From NCBI GenBank assembly GCA_963773065.1, contig CAVYZN010000027.1, positions 32,001 through 96,000 on the forward strand: 64,000 nt of DNA, in the 5' to 3' direction. Shown in pieces: positions 1 through 8,851 of this stretch. The position numbers and the translations under genes were made by a program. The stretch comes from an uncultured Gammaproteobacteria bacterium. Lineage in GTDB: Bacteria; Pseudomonadota; Gammaproteobacteria; UBA9214. The notes beneath the pieces are model-generated. The model ran no database searches and had not been told where the DNA came from. It worked only from the letters and a program-made list of their open reading frames with translations. Positions within the stretch are counted from its first letter, which is position 1, and each line of letters opens with the position of its first letter.

Positions 1-42
1 GCTAAGGACAAGCTAGACCTCGTGATTGTAAGGAGACGCAAT

Positions 43-474
43 ATGTTCAACGACTTCGACGAGGACTTTTCCAGTGGTATAGCCGCCTTCGAGGCCAAGA
101 GTTTTTCCCAGGCCATGAAATTCCTTTACCCACTGGCCACTTCGGGTAACCCGGATGCGCAGCACCGAGTCGCGATCATGTGCCAGAACGGCCTCGGTAT
201 GGTACGTAATGAAAAAATGGCCCTGCAGATGATGCGAGCGTCGGCCGAACAGGGGTATGCACTGGCCCAGCATGGACTCGGGTTCATGTATATGGCAGGT
301 GACTGTGTCGAGCAGAACAGTGCCGAGGCCGTTAACTGGTTTCGCAAGGCGGCAGAGCAGGGACTGGCCGGTTCGCTGACAACCCTGGCAAGGATGTACG
401 AGGAGGGTAATGGTGTGGAAAAGGATCCTGAGATGGCGAAGAAATTATACGCCGAGGCAGGATTCGATTTCTGA
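43..474 (+). CDS. Sel1-like repeat (SLR/TPR) protein
   Basis: SD AGGAG then ATG at 43; repeated Sel1 motifs (AQHGLGFMYMAGDCVEQNSAEAVNWFRKAAEQG; LARMYEEGNGVEKD). Confidence 0.9.
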   Translation: MFNDFDEDFSSGIAAFEAKSFSQAMKFLYPLATSGNPDAQHRVAIMCQNGLGMVRNEKMALQMMRASAEQGYALAQHGLGFMYMAGDCVEQNSAEAVNWFRKAAEQGLAGSLTTLARMYEEGNGVEKDPEMAKKLYAEAGFDF

Positions 475-510
475 TGCCTGTTTTCGCAGTCCTTTGCCGG
501 ATCACTTGCA

Positions 511-1646
511 ATGGAATTGTCAGCGGAAGATGTGCTGCGGATCAATGTCATGTTGGCAGGTCCCGTCAAGGCTATCCGGATCGATGAATCCACGCATGAC
601 CCTGTACGCGCTCTCCGATAAAGGGGAGGCGCGGGTCAGGCTCAACCCCAATTGCCGTGATGAGACCTACCTGCGCCGTGTGCGTGAAACACTTTCCAGC
701 CATGTGCTCGGTTCCCCGGGCGGCTATCCGGTTTATCTGAAACGCTGGACACGCATGGGACAGACGCGTGAGCGAATTCTCGAGTCTCTACTCCTGCTGG
801 GCGAACCCGAGGCGGTGGTTGCCGTGGTCAATGCCCCCGGAATTACCAACGAGATTGCCAGAAGGGCATGGTGGGCAGCGCAAACACCGGAAAACGCCAG
901 GTGCATGCTCGGTCAGCAATCGGTCGTCGATGGTGACATGGGTCCCGTGCTGGCGGATTTCCTGGTGGAATTTCTCCCCTTCGAGACAGAGGCGCGGGAT
1001 ATGATCGCCTCGGTCCGCCTGATCCTGCAATCAGACCTGATCAGTAATGAAACCAGGCGCGACCTATGGGGCAGGGGTAAGCACAAGAATTCCTATTATG
1101 TTGGTTTTCTGCAGGCCGTACCTGATGAACTCCCCGACAGGTTAGCGCCGCACCCGCTATGGGTACGAAGTTTGCGAAAAGCTTATAGGGCTGCGGCAGG
1201 CACGAAATCTGTTTGCTGTACAATTGTGCCGTTTACTCAGTACGGAAGGTCAGAGCTTCCTCGATGCGGTAGAAAACGTACTCAATAAACCAGCCAATCA
1301 GGATGTCGTCGTTTCTTTACTGCATGCGATTGCGGCCTATTTTAAGACCATACGCACTGACGACACCGAACGTCGAACCATGGGCGATATCCTCGCGGCC
1401 GCGGATGAGATGCTTGCCGAGGGTTCTGCCCATGGGAACGCGCTTGGTGAACTCCATTCCACAATACCCGGAATGGGAAAAGAGGTGCACGCCATGCTGG
1501 TACTGTCCATGGTGGATGAGCCGCTGGTGAATCCGATTTTTTCACGCACCGATGCCATCGGTACCGTGATGCGCAGGAATCTGAAGCCGGTTTTTGAACC
1601 GCTGCAGCGCCAACTCGATATTCTGAGAAACCGGAGTGGAAGGTAG
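511..1646 (+). CDS. dsrS: Sulfur oxidation/reduction protein DsrS (split by frameshifts near 595 and ~1170-1225, probably sequencing errors)
   Basis: ATG at 511 reads MELSAEDVLRINVMLAGPVKAIRIDES; continues in the 410..1288 frame with SHVLGSPGGYPVYLKRWTRMGQ and LLLLGEPEAVVAVV..ARRAWW, and ends in ORF 1224..1646 (FSRTDAIGTVMRRNLKP); recognised DsrS signature. Confidence 0.85.
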
Positions 1647-1675
1647 AATGTATCTTTCGCAACGGGGAATGTTTC

Positions 1676-1930
1676 ATGGTTGAAGTTCGGATGTATTGTA
1701 CTGCCATCTGCCCCTATTGTTTCCAGGCAGAGCGATTATTGAAATCAAAGGGCGTCAAAATACAAAAGATATTTATTGACTCGATGACTGATGGCTTCGG
1801 CGAGCTGGCCAGGTTGACTGGGCGGCGTACCGTACCCCAGATCTTTATCGGTGATTTGCACGTTGGTGGTTACGATGATTTGGCGGATCTGGAATTCGCA
1901 GGCGAATTGGATCCTCTCTTGATGACCTAG
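1676..1930 (+). CDS. grxC: Glutaredoxin 3
   Basis: CPYC active site, RTVPQIFIG, HVGGYDDL, LDPLL. Confidence 0.92.
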   Translation: MVEVRMYCTAICPYCFQAERLLKSKGVKIQKIFIDSMTDGFGELARLTGRRTVPQIFIGDLHVGGYDDLADLEFAGELDPLLMT

Positions 1931-1952
1931 TAAGCTGCTGAACTGCATTTAC

Positions 1953-3583
1953 CTAAGCCGGCATAGCCGGAACCAAACAGGAAGAGGTATTGTACGCACG
2001 GGCTAAGCGGTGGTGGCGACGATGACACAGGCGTTGGTGGAACGGTACGCAGATCGGTTGCATGGGGTGCTCTCCTGTTACGACCGCATCGTGATGACGG
2101 GCACGTTGCCGGGGGCCTGCTATGCGCAGGGCATGACGGCGTTTTTGTACGCGAGGGGCATTCGGATTTTCGACTATCCCCGGTTTGCCGAGCCCTTGCG
2201 CGAGGCGCTCCGCGAGCGCGCGCAGGAGCTGGCGCAGTCGGCGGGGATCGAGATCGAGCATATCGCCAAAGCCCACATCCGCAAGGAAGATGTGGTCGCC
2301 AAGGTGCTTGAGCGGCGCGGCGATCATCCGGGTCTGGTGCACATCATTTCGGCGATGGAAGCCTGTCAAAGCTACAAGCCCTGGCATGACAAGGCGAGCG
2401 GCAAGACCTACCTCAAGCCCGATACGGGCAAATGCCTGCACTACTATTTTTACTTCATCGACCCGCTCGTCGGCCTGTGTTACCTGCGGGTGCCGACTTG
2501 GTGCCCGTTCAAATTGCAGTTCTATTGCAACGGCCATGGTTGGCTGGCGCAGAAGCTTAAAACCCGGCGCATCGGCTTTACCCAGGTGGACAATGCCTTT
2601 GTGCGCCTGGATGACTTCGCGCGCGCGCAACAGTTGGCCGATGGCTTCAAGCCCGAGCAACTGCACCGCATCCTGGATCGTTACGCGCGCCAGTGCTGCC
2701 CGGTGCACAAGAGCTTCGGGCAAGGCTATCACTGGAGCCTGCTGCAGGTGGAGTACGCTACCGATCTGGTGTTCCGCTCCCAAGAGATGCTGGCGCCCCT
2801 GTATGAACAGCTCTCCCGCCAGGCGGTGCTGGGGGTGAAGGCCGAACAGATTGCCACCTTTCTCGGCAAGAAGATCACCCCGCCGCTGGCGCAGGAGATC
2901 GGCAACCGCTTTGCCACCCGCATCGAAGGGACCTGCATCAAACATCGCCTGGGCAAGGTTCAGGTGAAGATGTACGACAAATACGCCCGTGTGCTGCGCA
3001 TCGAAACCACCGTCAACGACGTCTCCTTCTTCAAGCACCACCGCAAGGTGGAACATCGAGATAGACCCAGCACGCGGCAACTGGCGCCGCTGAAGAAATC
3101 CATCTACAGCCTGATCGATCTGCGCCAGATCCTCCTGGGATGCAATCGCCGCTACCTGGAGTATCTGTCCGCGCTGGACGATCACAGCGCCGGACAGCGC
3201 GCGCTCTCGCGCCTGACCGACGAGCGGTGCGAGAGCGACCGGCCGATCAAGGGCCTGAACTTCTTCAAGCGCACCGAGCAGCAACTGCTGCGGGCACTGC
3301 AACGTCCGCAGTTCAATATCCACGGTCTGCGGCGCGCCGATCTGATGGCTTTGCTGCCCCACGCCTCGGCGGCTGCGCTCTCGCGAGAGCTGAAACGGCT
3401 GCTTGCCCTCGGCGTGATCAAACGGGTCACCGGAACTTATCGTTACTACCTCACGCGCTTGGGGCGCGCCGCCATCGCCGCCGCCTGCTCGCTCACGGAA
3501 TTCAGTATCGTTCCCGCTTTGGCCACTGCAAAGTAACAAACTCTTCGCCATTTCTGTCAACAGTAAAGTCATAAGAGACTAAG
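1953..3583 (+). mobile_element. Putative non-TIR mobile element bounded by CTAAG direct repeats
   Basis: CTAAG at 1953-1957 and 3579-3583; visibly more GC-rich than the flanks; short end hairpins (CCGGC-ATA-GCCGG left, AGTC-ATAAGA-GACT right); removal restores a compact grxC-cysG spacer. Confidence 0.65.
2022..3536 (+). CDS. Putative transposase/Rep-like protein with C-terminal winged helix (family usually mis-annotated as 'MarR regulator')
   Basis: LSCYDRIV, HYYFYFIDP, PTWCPFKLQFYCNGH, QVEYATD, KMYDK..VLRIETTVND and C-terminal LSRELKRLLALGVIKRVTGTYRYYLT; sole ORF of the element. Confidence 0.75.
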   Translation: MTQALVERYADRLHGVLSCYDRIVMTGTLPGACYAQGMTAFLYARGIRIFDYPRFAEPLREALRERAQELAQSAGIEIEHIAKAHIRKEDVVAKVLERRGDHPGLVHIISAMEACQSYKPWHDKASGKTYLKPDTGKCLHYYFYFIDPLVGLCYLRVPTWCPFKLQFYCNGHGWLAQKLKTRRIGFTQVDNAFVRLDDFARAQQLADGFKPEQLHRILDRYARQCCPVHKSFGQGYHWSLLQVEYATDLVFRSQEMLAPLYEQLSRQAVLGVKAEQIATFLGKKITPPLAQEIGNRFATRIEGTCIKHRLGKVQVKMYDKYARVLRIETTVNDVSFFKHHRKVEHRDRPSTRQLAPLKKSIYSLIDLRQILLGCNRRYLEYLSALDDHSAGQRALSRLTDERCESDRPIKGLNFFKRTEQQLLRALQRPQFNIHGLRRADLMALLPHASAAALSRELKRLLALGVIKRVTGTYRYYLTRLGRAAIAAACSLTEFSIVPALATAK

Positions 3584-3593
3584 ATTGTTACTT

Positions 3594-4985
3594 ATGCAAT
3601 ATCTCCCTGTTTTCCTGAAGCTGGAAGGACGTCCCTGCGTTGTTGTCGGCGGCGGCAAGGTGGCGGCTCGCAAAGTTGCCATGTTGCTTAAAGTTAGTGC
3701 GGAAATCATAGTCGTTGCGCCCGACCTGTGTGATGAACTCGAGAAGCTTTACAAGGCAGGCGCAATCCTGCATGCGCGCCGGGAGTTTCAGGAACATGAC
3801 ATAGACGGTATGGTGCTTGCGATTGCGGCAACCAATAATGAGATGGTGAACAGGCAAGTTTCTGCAATTGCGGACGAGCACCGGATTCCCGTCAACGTTG
3901 TGGATACGCCGGAATTATGCAGTTTTATTGTCCCATCAATCATCGACAGGTCACCGGTGCAAGTAGCCGTGTCAACTGGGGGAGCATCGCCGGTACTTGC
4001 CCGCTTGTTGCGCGCCCGTCTGGAAAGTTTCATACCCTCAGCATATGGGCGTCTTGCTGTACTGGTAGATGAATTTAGGCACAAGGTAAAGCAGAAGTTC
4101 ACCGAGCCCAAGCAACGCCGCTATTTCTGGGAGAGTGTGTTGCAGGGCAGGGTTGCGGAATTACTGTTTGCTGGCCGTGAAAAAGAGGCGTGGGCAGCAC
4201 TGGAAGATGCGATCGCAGATACCGACCAGTCCTATAACACATCGGGAGAAGTGTATCTTGTAGGGGCGGGTCCGGGCGATCCAGACCTGATTACTTTCCG
4301 AGCGTTGCGATTGATGCAACAGGCGGACGTGGTGGTTTATGATCGACTTGTATCACAGCCAATTCTGGATATGGTCAGGCGTGATGCGGAAATGATCTAT
4401 GCCGGCAAGGAAAGGGATAACCATGCGCTTTCACAGGAGAGCATAAATGAATTACTCGTCCGCTTGGCCAGGAAGGGTAATCGGGTATTGCGGCTGAAAG
4501 GCGGTGATCCGTTCATATTCGGTCGTGGTGGCGAGGAAATTGAAACGCTCGCAGAAGAGGGCATTCCCTTCCAGGTAGTGCCCGGTATTACGGCCGCCTC
4601 GGGATGCGCGTCATATGCTGGAATTCCCCTCACGCATCGCGACTATGCCCAATCGTGCATATTCGTAACCGGTCACCTTAAGGATGGAAGCGTTGACCTT
4701 GACTGGCAAAAACTAGCCAAGCCTGCCCAGACCATCGTCTTCTATATGGGTCTGCATAGTATCGAAATTCTTTCCAGGGAACTGATTGCACATGGGTTGC
4801 CGGAAGAGACACCCGCAGCGTTGGTTCAACAGGGGACTACACAGAATCAGCGGGTATTCGTCGAAACACTTGCCTCTCTTCCAACCTTGGTCGAGAGGGA
4901 GGAGATCAAGCCACCAACGCTGATAATTGTTGGTGAGGTCGTGAGGTTGCGAGAAAAATTAAAATGGTTCCATAATGACAATTAA
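3594..4985 (+). CDS. cysG: Siroheme synthase (multifunctional CysG)
   Basis: N-terminal [11 protein letters not shown] dehydrogenase/ferrochelatase plus [15 protein letters not shown] and [16 protein letters not shown] methyltransferase. Confidence 0.96.
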   Translation: MQYLPVFLKLEGRPCVVVGGGKVAARKVAMLLKVSAEIIVVAPDLCDELEKLYKAGAILHARREFQEHDIDGMVLAIAATNNEMVNRQVSAIADEHRIPVNVVDTPELCSFIVPSIIDRSPVQVAVSTGGASPVLARLLRARLESFIPSAYGRLAVLVDEFRHKVKQKFTEPKQRRYFWESVLQGRVAELLFAGREKEAWAALEDAIADTDQSYNTSGEVYLVGAGPGDPDLITFRALRLMQQADVVVYDRLVSQPILDMVRRDAEMIYAGKERDNHALSQESINELLVRLARKGNRVLRLKGGDPFIFGRGGEEIETLAEEGIPFQVVPGITAASGCASYAGIPLTHRDYAQSCIFVTGHLKDGSVDLDWQKLAKPAQTIVFYMGLHSIEILSRELIAHGLPEETPAALVQQGTTQNQRVFVETLASLPTLVEREEIKPPTLIIVGEVVRLREKLKWFHNDN

Positions 4986-5005
4986 TGCTTATCAAGCAAC
5001 CGAAG

Positions 5006-5089
5006 CGATCGTATCAGGCAGCGTTGGCTCAATCGTGAAAATTGGGTTGCGTGCTTGGTTGAAATTCGTCCGTTTTTGGATGGGAACTA
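5006..5089 (+). repeat. Degenerate copy of the right end of the ISNCY element at 8852-10536
   Basis: cgatcgtatcaggcagcgttggctcaatcgtgaaa...gaaattcgtccgtttttggatgggaacta aligns with 10456-10538. Confidence 0.85.
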
Positions 5090-5165
5090 TCTATAAGCAG
5101 CGCTGGCAGATCGATTTATTCTTCAAATGGATCAAGCAGAACCTCAAAATCAAGACCTTTGTCTG
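5089..5165 (+). pseudogene. IS4-family transposase fragment
   Basis: IYKQRWQIDLFFKWIKQNLKIKTF matches the IS4 Y-R-E-K signature region. Confidence 0.75.
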
Positions 5166-5588
5166 CGCCAGTAAGGTGACCACACACGGCGCTATGAGGC
5201 GAAAGCCCGGATACCCTATAACCCCTGGCAGCCTGAATCAGATAACAACCATGAGTCAGAGCATATTTCACATCTCAGGCTGTACAAAGATGGGGTCCAC
5301 TTCATAACTCAGTATGAGGTAAGCCCCCGGCTCTGCCGGGGGACTCACCGGGGTTTGACCTATACGGTGGTCGTCCGTGAATCTCCGATCTCTGCCAAGA
5401 GAAGGAGGTTCACCGATGAAAGAGTACCAGAGTCTTAGCCCAACTTCGCGGATTCGCCCTTGATTTGGGGTGTGTCGAAAAAAATCTGCATGGAAATCAG
5501 CTAGCGGTCTGTGGATAAGCCCCGAAAGCCGTTGTAGTGAAGACCTTGCTTGTTTTCTTTGGTGCGCGCGTGCGGATAATGGGTGGCC

Positions 5589-7424
5589 ATGTTTCTACGC
5601 GCGACCACCCGGCGGAAAGATGGCAAGGTGCACCGGTATTGGAGCATCGTCGAGAATCGGCGCCTGCCTGGTGGTCGCGTGTTGCAGCGGCACCTGCTGT
5701 ATCTGGGCGAGATCAATTCCTCCCAGGAGCGGGCGTGGCGCAAGTCGGTCGAGGTGTTCGACGAACGCACCGAGCAATCGCGTTCGCTGTCGTTGTTTCC
5801 CAAAGACCAGATCGACGCAGGCGTGGTGGACGAGTCGGTCGTGCGACTGTGTCTGTCGCAGCTGCGTCTGTGCCGCCCACGGGTGTGGGGCTCGTGCTGG
5901 CTCGCGCTGAAGCTGTGGGAACAGCTTTCGTTGGATCGGTTTTGGTCAGAGCGATTGCCCAAGAGCCGCAAGGGCACACGTTGGGATCAGGTGCTGTTCG
6001 TGCTGGTGGCGTATCGGCTGCTCTCGCCCGGCAGCGAATGGCGCTTGCACCGGCAGTGGTTTGAGCGCAGCGCGCTGTCCGATCTGCTCGGCGCCGATGC
6101 CGGCTTGGCCGACATCCACACGCTGTACGCCTGTCACGATCGTCTGCTGGCACACAAGACCGCGGTCTTCGATCACCTGGTGCGCCGCTGGCGCGATCTG
6201 TTCAACGTCGAATTCGACGTGCTGCTCTATGACCTGACCAGCACCTACTTCGAAGCCAATCCGCCGTTCGATGACGACGACAAGCGCCGATTCGGCTACT
6301 CGCGCGACAAGCGCCCGGACTGCGTGCAGGTGGTCATCGCGCTGGTGGTCACGCCCGAAGGCTTGCCGCTGGCCTACGAAGTGTTGCCGGGCAACACCGC
6401 CGACAAAACCACCTTGCGCGACTTTCTCGCTCGCATCGAACGCCAGTACGGCAAGGCCCGACGCGTGTGGGTGATGGATCGCGGCATCCCGACGGAAGAC
6501 ACCCTCGAGCAGATGCGCCACTCCGATCCGCCGGTGCACTACCTGGTCGGCACACCCAAAGGCCGCTTGTCGAAGCTGGAGAAGGACTTGCTGCTCAAGC
6601 CCTGGCAGGACGCCCGGCCCGGCGTGCAGGTCAAGCTCTTGCCGCAGGACGGTGAGCTATATGTCTTCGCCCAGAGCGCGGATCGCATCGCCAAGGAACG
6701 CGCGATGCGCAAGCGCCAGCTCAAGCGTTTGTGGGCGCGGCTCAAACAGCTTTCCGGCATGACGCTCACGCACCAGGAACTGCTGATGAAGCTCGGCGCG
6801 GCACGCAGCCAGTATCCGTCCGGCTGGCGGCTCGTCGACGTGCAGGTCCACGATCAAAACCCGACGTTCACCTACCGCCTCAAGCGTGACAAACTCAAAC
6901 AGGTCCGCCGCCGCGAAGGCCGTTATCTACTGCGCACCAATCTCACCGGCAACGACCCCGCCGAGCTGTGGCGCTATTACATCCAGCTCACGCAGGTCGA
7001 GGAAGCGTTCAAGAATCTCAAGGGCGATCTTTCGCTGCGGCCGATCTACCACCAGAAAGAAGCACGCATCGAGGCGCATATCTTCATCGCCCCGGTAACT
7101 GCTCCCTGCGTTACCCTACCTCCTGCATCCCTGCAGTCGTTCCTGGCCTACTGCCTGCACGTCACGCTCGCCCAGCAACTGCGAGCGCATGCGCCTGGGC
7201 TGACCCCGCGCAGCGTCCTCGAGAAGTTCGCCGCCGTACAGATAATCGACGTCGAAATCCCGACCACCGACGGTCGAACCGTTACGTTAACACGCTACAC
7301 CGAGCCGGAGCGCGAACTGAAGCTGCTGCTGGAGCGGCTACGACTCGAGCTGCCGGCTCAGCCACCGCCGAAAATCACCGCCGTCCAAGCCGAAACCGCC
7401 ACCCCGTGTAGTGCAGACCTTTGA
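5589..7424 (+). CDS. IS1634-family DDE transposase (with 16-aa in-frame insert)
   Basis: LLYDLTSTYFE, FGYSRDKRPDCVQVV, WVMDRGI, YIQLTQVEEAFKNLKGDLSLRPIYHQ. Confidence 0.93.
   Translation: MFLRATTRRKDGKVHRYWSIVENRRLPGGRVLQRHLLYLGEINSSQERAWRKSVEVFDERTEQSRSLSLFPKDQIDAGVVDESVVRLCLSQLRLCRPRVWGSCWLALKLWEQLSLDRFWSERLPKSRKGTRWDQVLFVLVAYRLLSPGSEWRLHRQWFERSALSDLLGADAGLADIHTLYACHDRLLAHKTAVFDHLVRRWRDLFNVEFDVLLYDLTSTYFEANPPFDDDDKRRFGYSRDKRPDCVQVVIALVVTPEGLPLAYEVLPGNTADKTTLRDFLARIERQYGKARRVWVMDRGIPTEDTLEQMRHSDPPVHYLVGTPKGRLSKLEKDLLLKPWQDARPGVQVKLLPQDGELYVFAQSADRIAKERAMRKRQLKRLWARLKQLSGMTLTHQELLMKLGAARSQYPSGWRLVDVQVHDQNPTFTYRLKRDKLKQVRRREGRYLLRTNLTGNDPAELWRYYIQLTQVEEAFKNLKGDLSLRPIYHQKEARIEAHIFIAPVTAPCVTLPPASLQSFLAYCLHVTLAQQLRAHAPGLTPRSVLEKFAAVQIIDVEIPTTDGRTVTLTRYTEPERELKLLLERLRLELPAQPPPKITAVQAETATPCSADL
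7092..7139. repeat. 48-nt in-frame mini-insert with two hairpins
   Basis: Interrupts conserved HIFIA|FLAYCL with PVTAPCVTLPPASLQS; stems GGTAAC/GTTACC and CTGCA/TGCAG. Confidence 0.75.
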
Positions 7425-7581
7425 GGGTGGTGCCTATATCAATCAAACGCTTGGCGTCTTCGCAAGGCCGAATCCGCGAAGTTGGGCTAGCCATACGAGG
7501 TGGGATTGTAAGTACCATGTGGTATTCATCCCGAAGCGGAGGAAGAAACGGATCTTTGGCGCTGTTCGCAAGCACCTGGGT

Positions 7582-7672
7582 GCTGCGTCGACCTCAACCG
7601 GCTTCGAATCCAGGCATCGAGGTCTCGGAACAGGCATTTGAATTCCTGAATCCCGAAATAGCCCACCCAGCC
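7582..7672 (-). pseudogene. Group II intron RT/maturase (domain X) fragment
   Basis: GWVGYFGIQEFKCLFRDLDAWIRSRLRS matches the GWxxYF...LDxWIRxRLR maturase motif. Confidence 0.7.
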
Positions 7673-8844
7673 ACCGCGTTGGTAACCCGCAGTTTGCAGT
7701 AGGTCAGAATGTTGTGCAGATGGCGCTTGAGCAGATGCGCCACCTCCCGCACCGGTTCCAACCGTGAATGCGTTGCCCACCAGAACCACTTCACGAAGAA
7801 GCGTTTCGCCCAACCCAGGGAGGTGTAGTCCCACAGTGCGCGCAGGCTCTCCTTGATAGCTCAGGCGCGGCCCACCTTGAGGTTCAGGCGGCGTTAGCCA
7901 GGCGAACCTGGCCCGGTGCCTCTCGGGCAAATTCTCGCGTGCATAGCGCCACACATGCAGGGTGCCCTTGAGGGTGTCGTCTTTGCGGGCCAGCAACTCT
8001 TTGTGCTCCTGCTTGCGCACCGTATCCACCGCCGCGTTCATGTGCTGCATGATGTGAAAGCGGTCGAACACGATCTTGTCCTGCGCGCCCGGCACCTGCG
8101 AAAGCGTCGCCCCGATATAGGCCGGCCACATGTCCATGCTCACCGATTCAATACCCTCCAATTGCGCTTCGGTCAGCCCCTTCCAGTAGCCCTCCAGGCT
8201 TTCCGTGGTGCGGTCCTCCGCCCCATACTCCACGCTCGCCCCATCCAGATCGCAGACCACTGTCATGTAGTCGTGGCCCTTGCGAAATGCCTTCTCGTCC
8301 ACCCCCAAGCGCGGGATCACCTTCGCCTGCTTGCGGCGCTGGCCCCGTGCCACCGCACGCTCCATCACGCCCCAGGCTTCATCCCAGGACAAACCCAGCA
8401 GCCGGCACGCCCCGCTCACCGTGGAGCATTGGGTCAATACATCGATCACCAGCCGCTCCATCAGCAGCGTGAACCGCGAACGGACCTCCGCCCACGGCAC
8501 CCGCACCTGCACAACACCGTGTTCCGGGCAATCCACCCGCGGTATTCGTGCATGCAGATGCGTCTGGAACTGGCAGGTGTCCAGATGCCTCCAGACCCGC
8601 TCCTCGGCATGGTCCCGGCAAGACAGCTCGCGCTCACACTGCGGGCAGCTCCACACCGTTCCAGACTCATGCTCCACCCAGATATCCACCCGATGACCCG
8701 CGACATCCAGATCAACTCGCTCCACAGTCCACGGCTTCTCCAACCCCAATACCTGCCGGTACAGATCGATGTCTCGCATGAAGGCTTCCTCCTTGAGAAC
8801 CCTTCATACATAATCTATCTACCCACGGCAATTCCGGAAGGACC
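7673..8844 (-). mobile_element. ISL3-family element, 3'-truncated; transposase 8779 to ~7673 with a frameshift
   Basis: MRDIDLYRQVLGLEKPW..CPQC..RVWRHLD..RVDCPEHG, LGVDEKAFRKGH, MDMW, FDRFH; ends at TNAVA; left end GGTCCTTCCGGAATT at 8844. Confidence 0.88.
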
Positions 8845-8851
8845 ATATTTA

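Larger units (their letters stand above)
5439..7486 (+). mobile_element. IS1634-family insertion sequence
   Basis: 18-bp perfect TIRs CCCAACTTCGCGGATTCG / CGAATCCGCGAAGTTGGG; flanks CTTAG / CTAG (near-TSD); excision restores the IS200 tnpA frame. Confidence 0.92.
5316..7581 (+). pseudogene. tnpA: IS200/IS605-family tnpA (Y1 HUH) remnant: left end plus 5' part, interrupted by IS1634 and truncated
   Basis: Hairpin CCCCCGGC-TCT-GCCGGGGG (5324-5342); SD GGAGG and ATG 5416 give MKEYQSLS, resuming after the IS1634 as HTRWDCKYHVVFIPKRRKKRIFGAVRKHLG. Confidence 0.88.

Noticed and set aside
1953-3572. 539-aa antisense ORF spanning the CTAAG element
   Set aside because: Shadow of a GC-rich coding strand; no recognisable motifs.
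4975-5307. 110-aa ORF after cysG as a real gene
   Set aside because: Chimeric read-through of an ISNCY end relic and an IS4 fragment.
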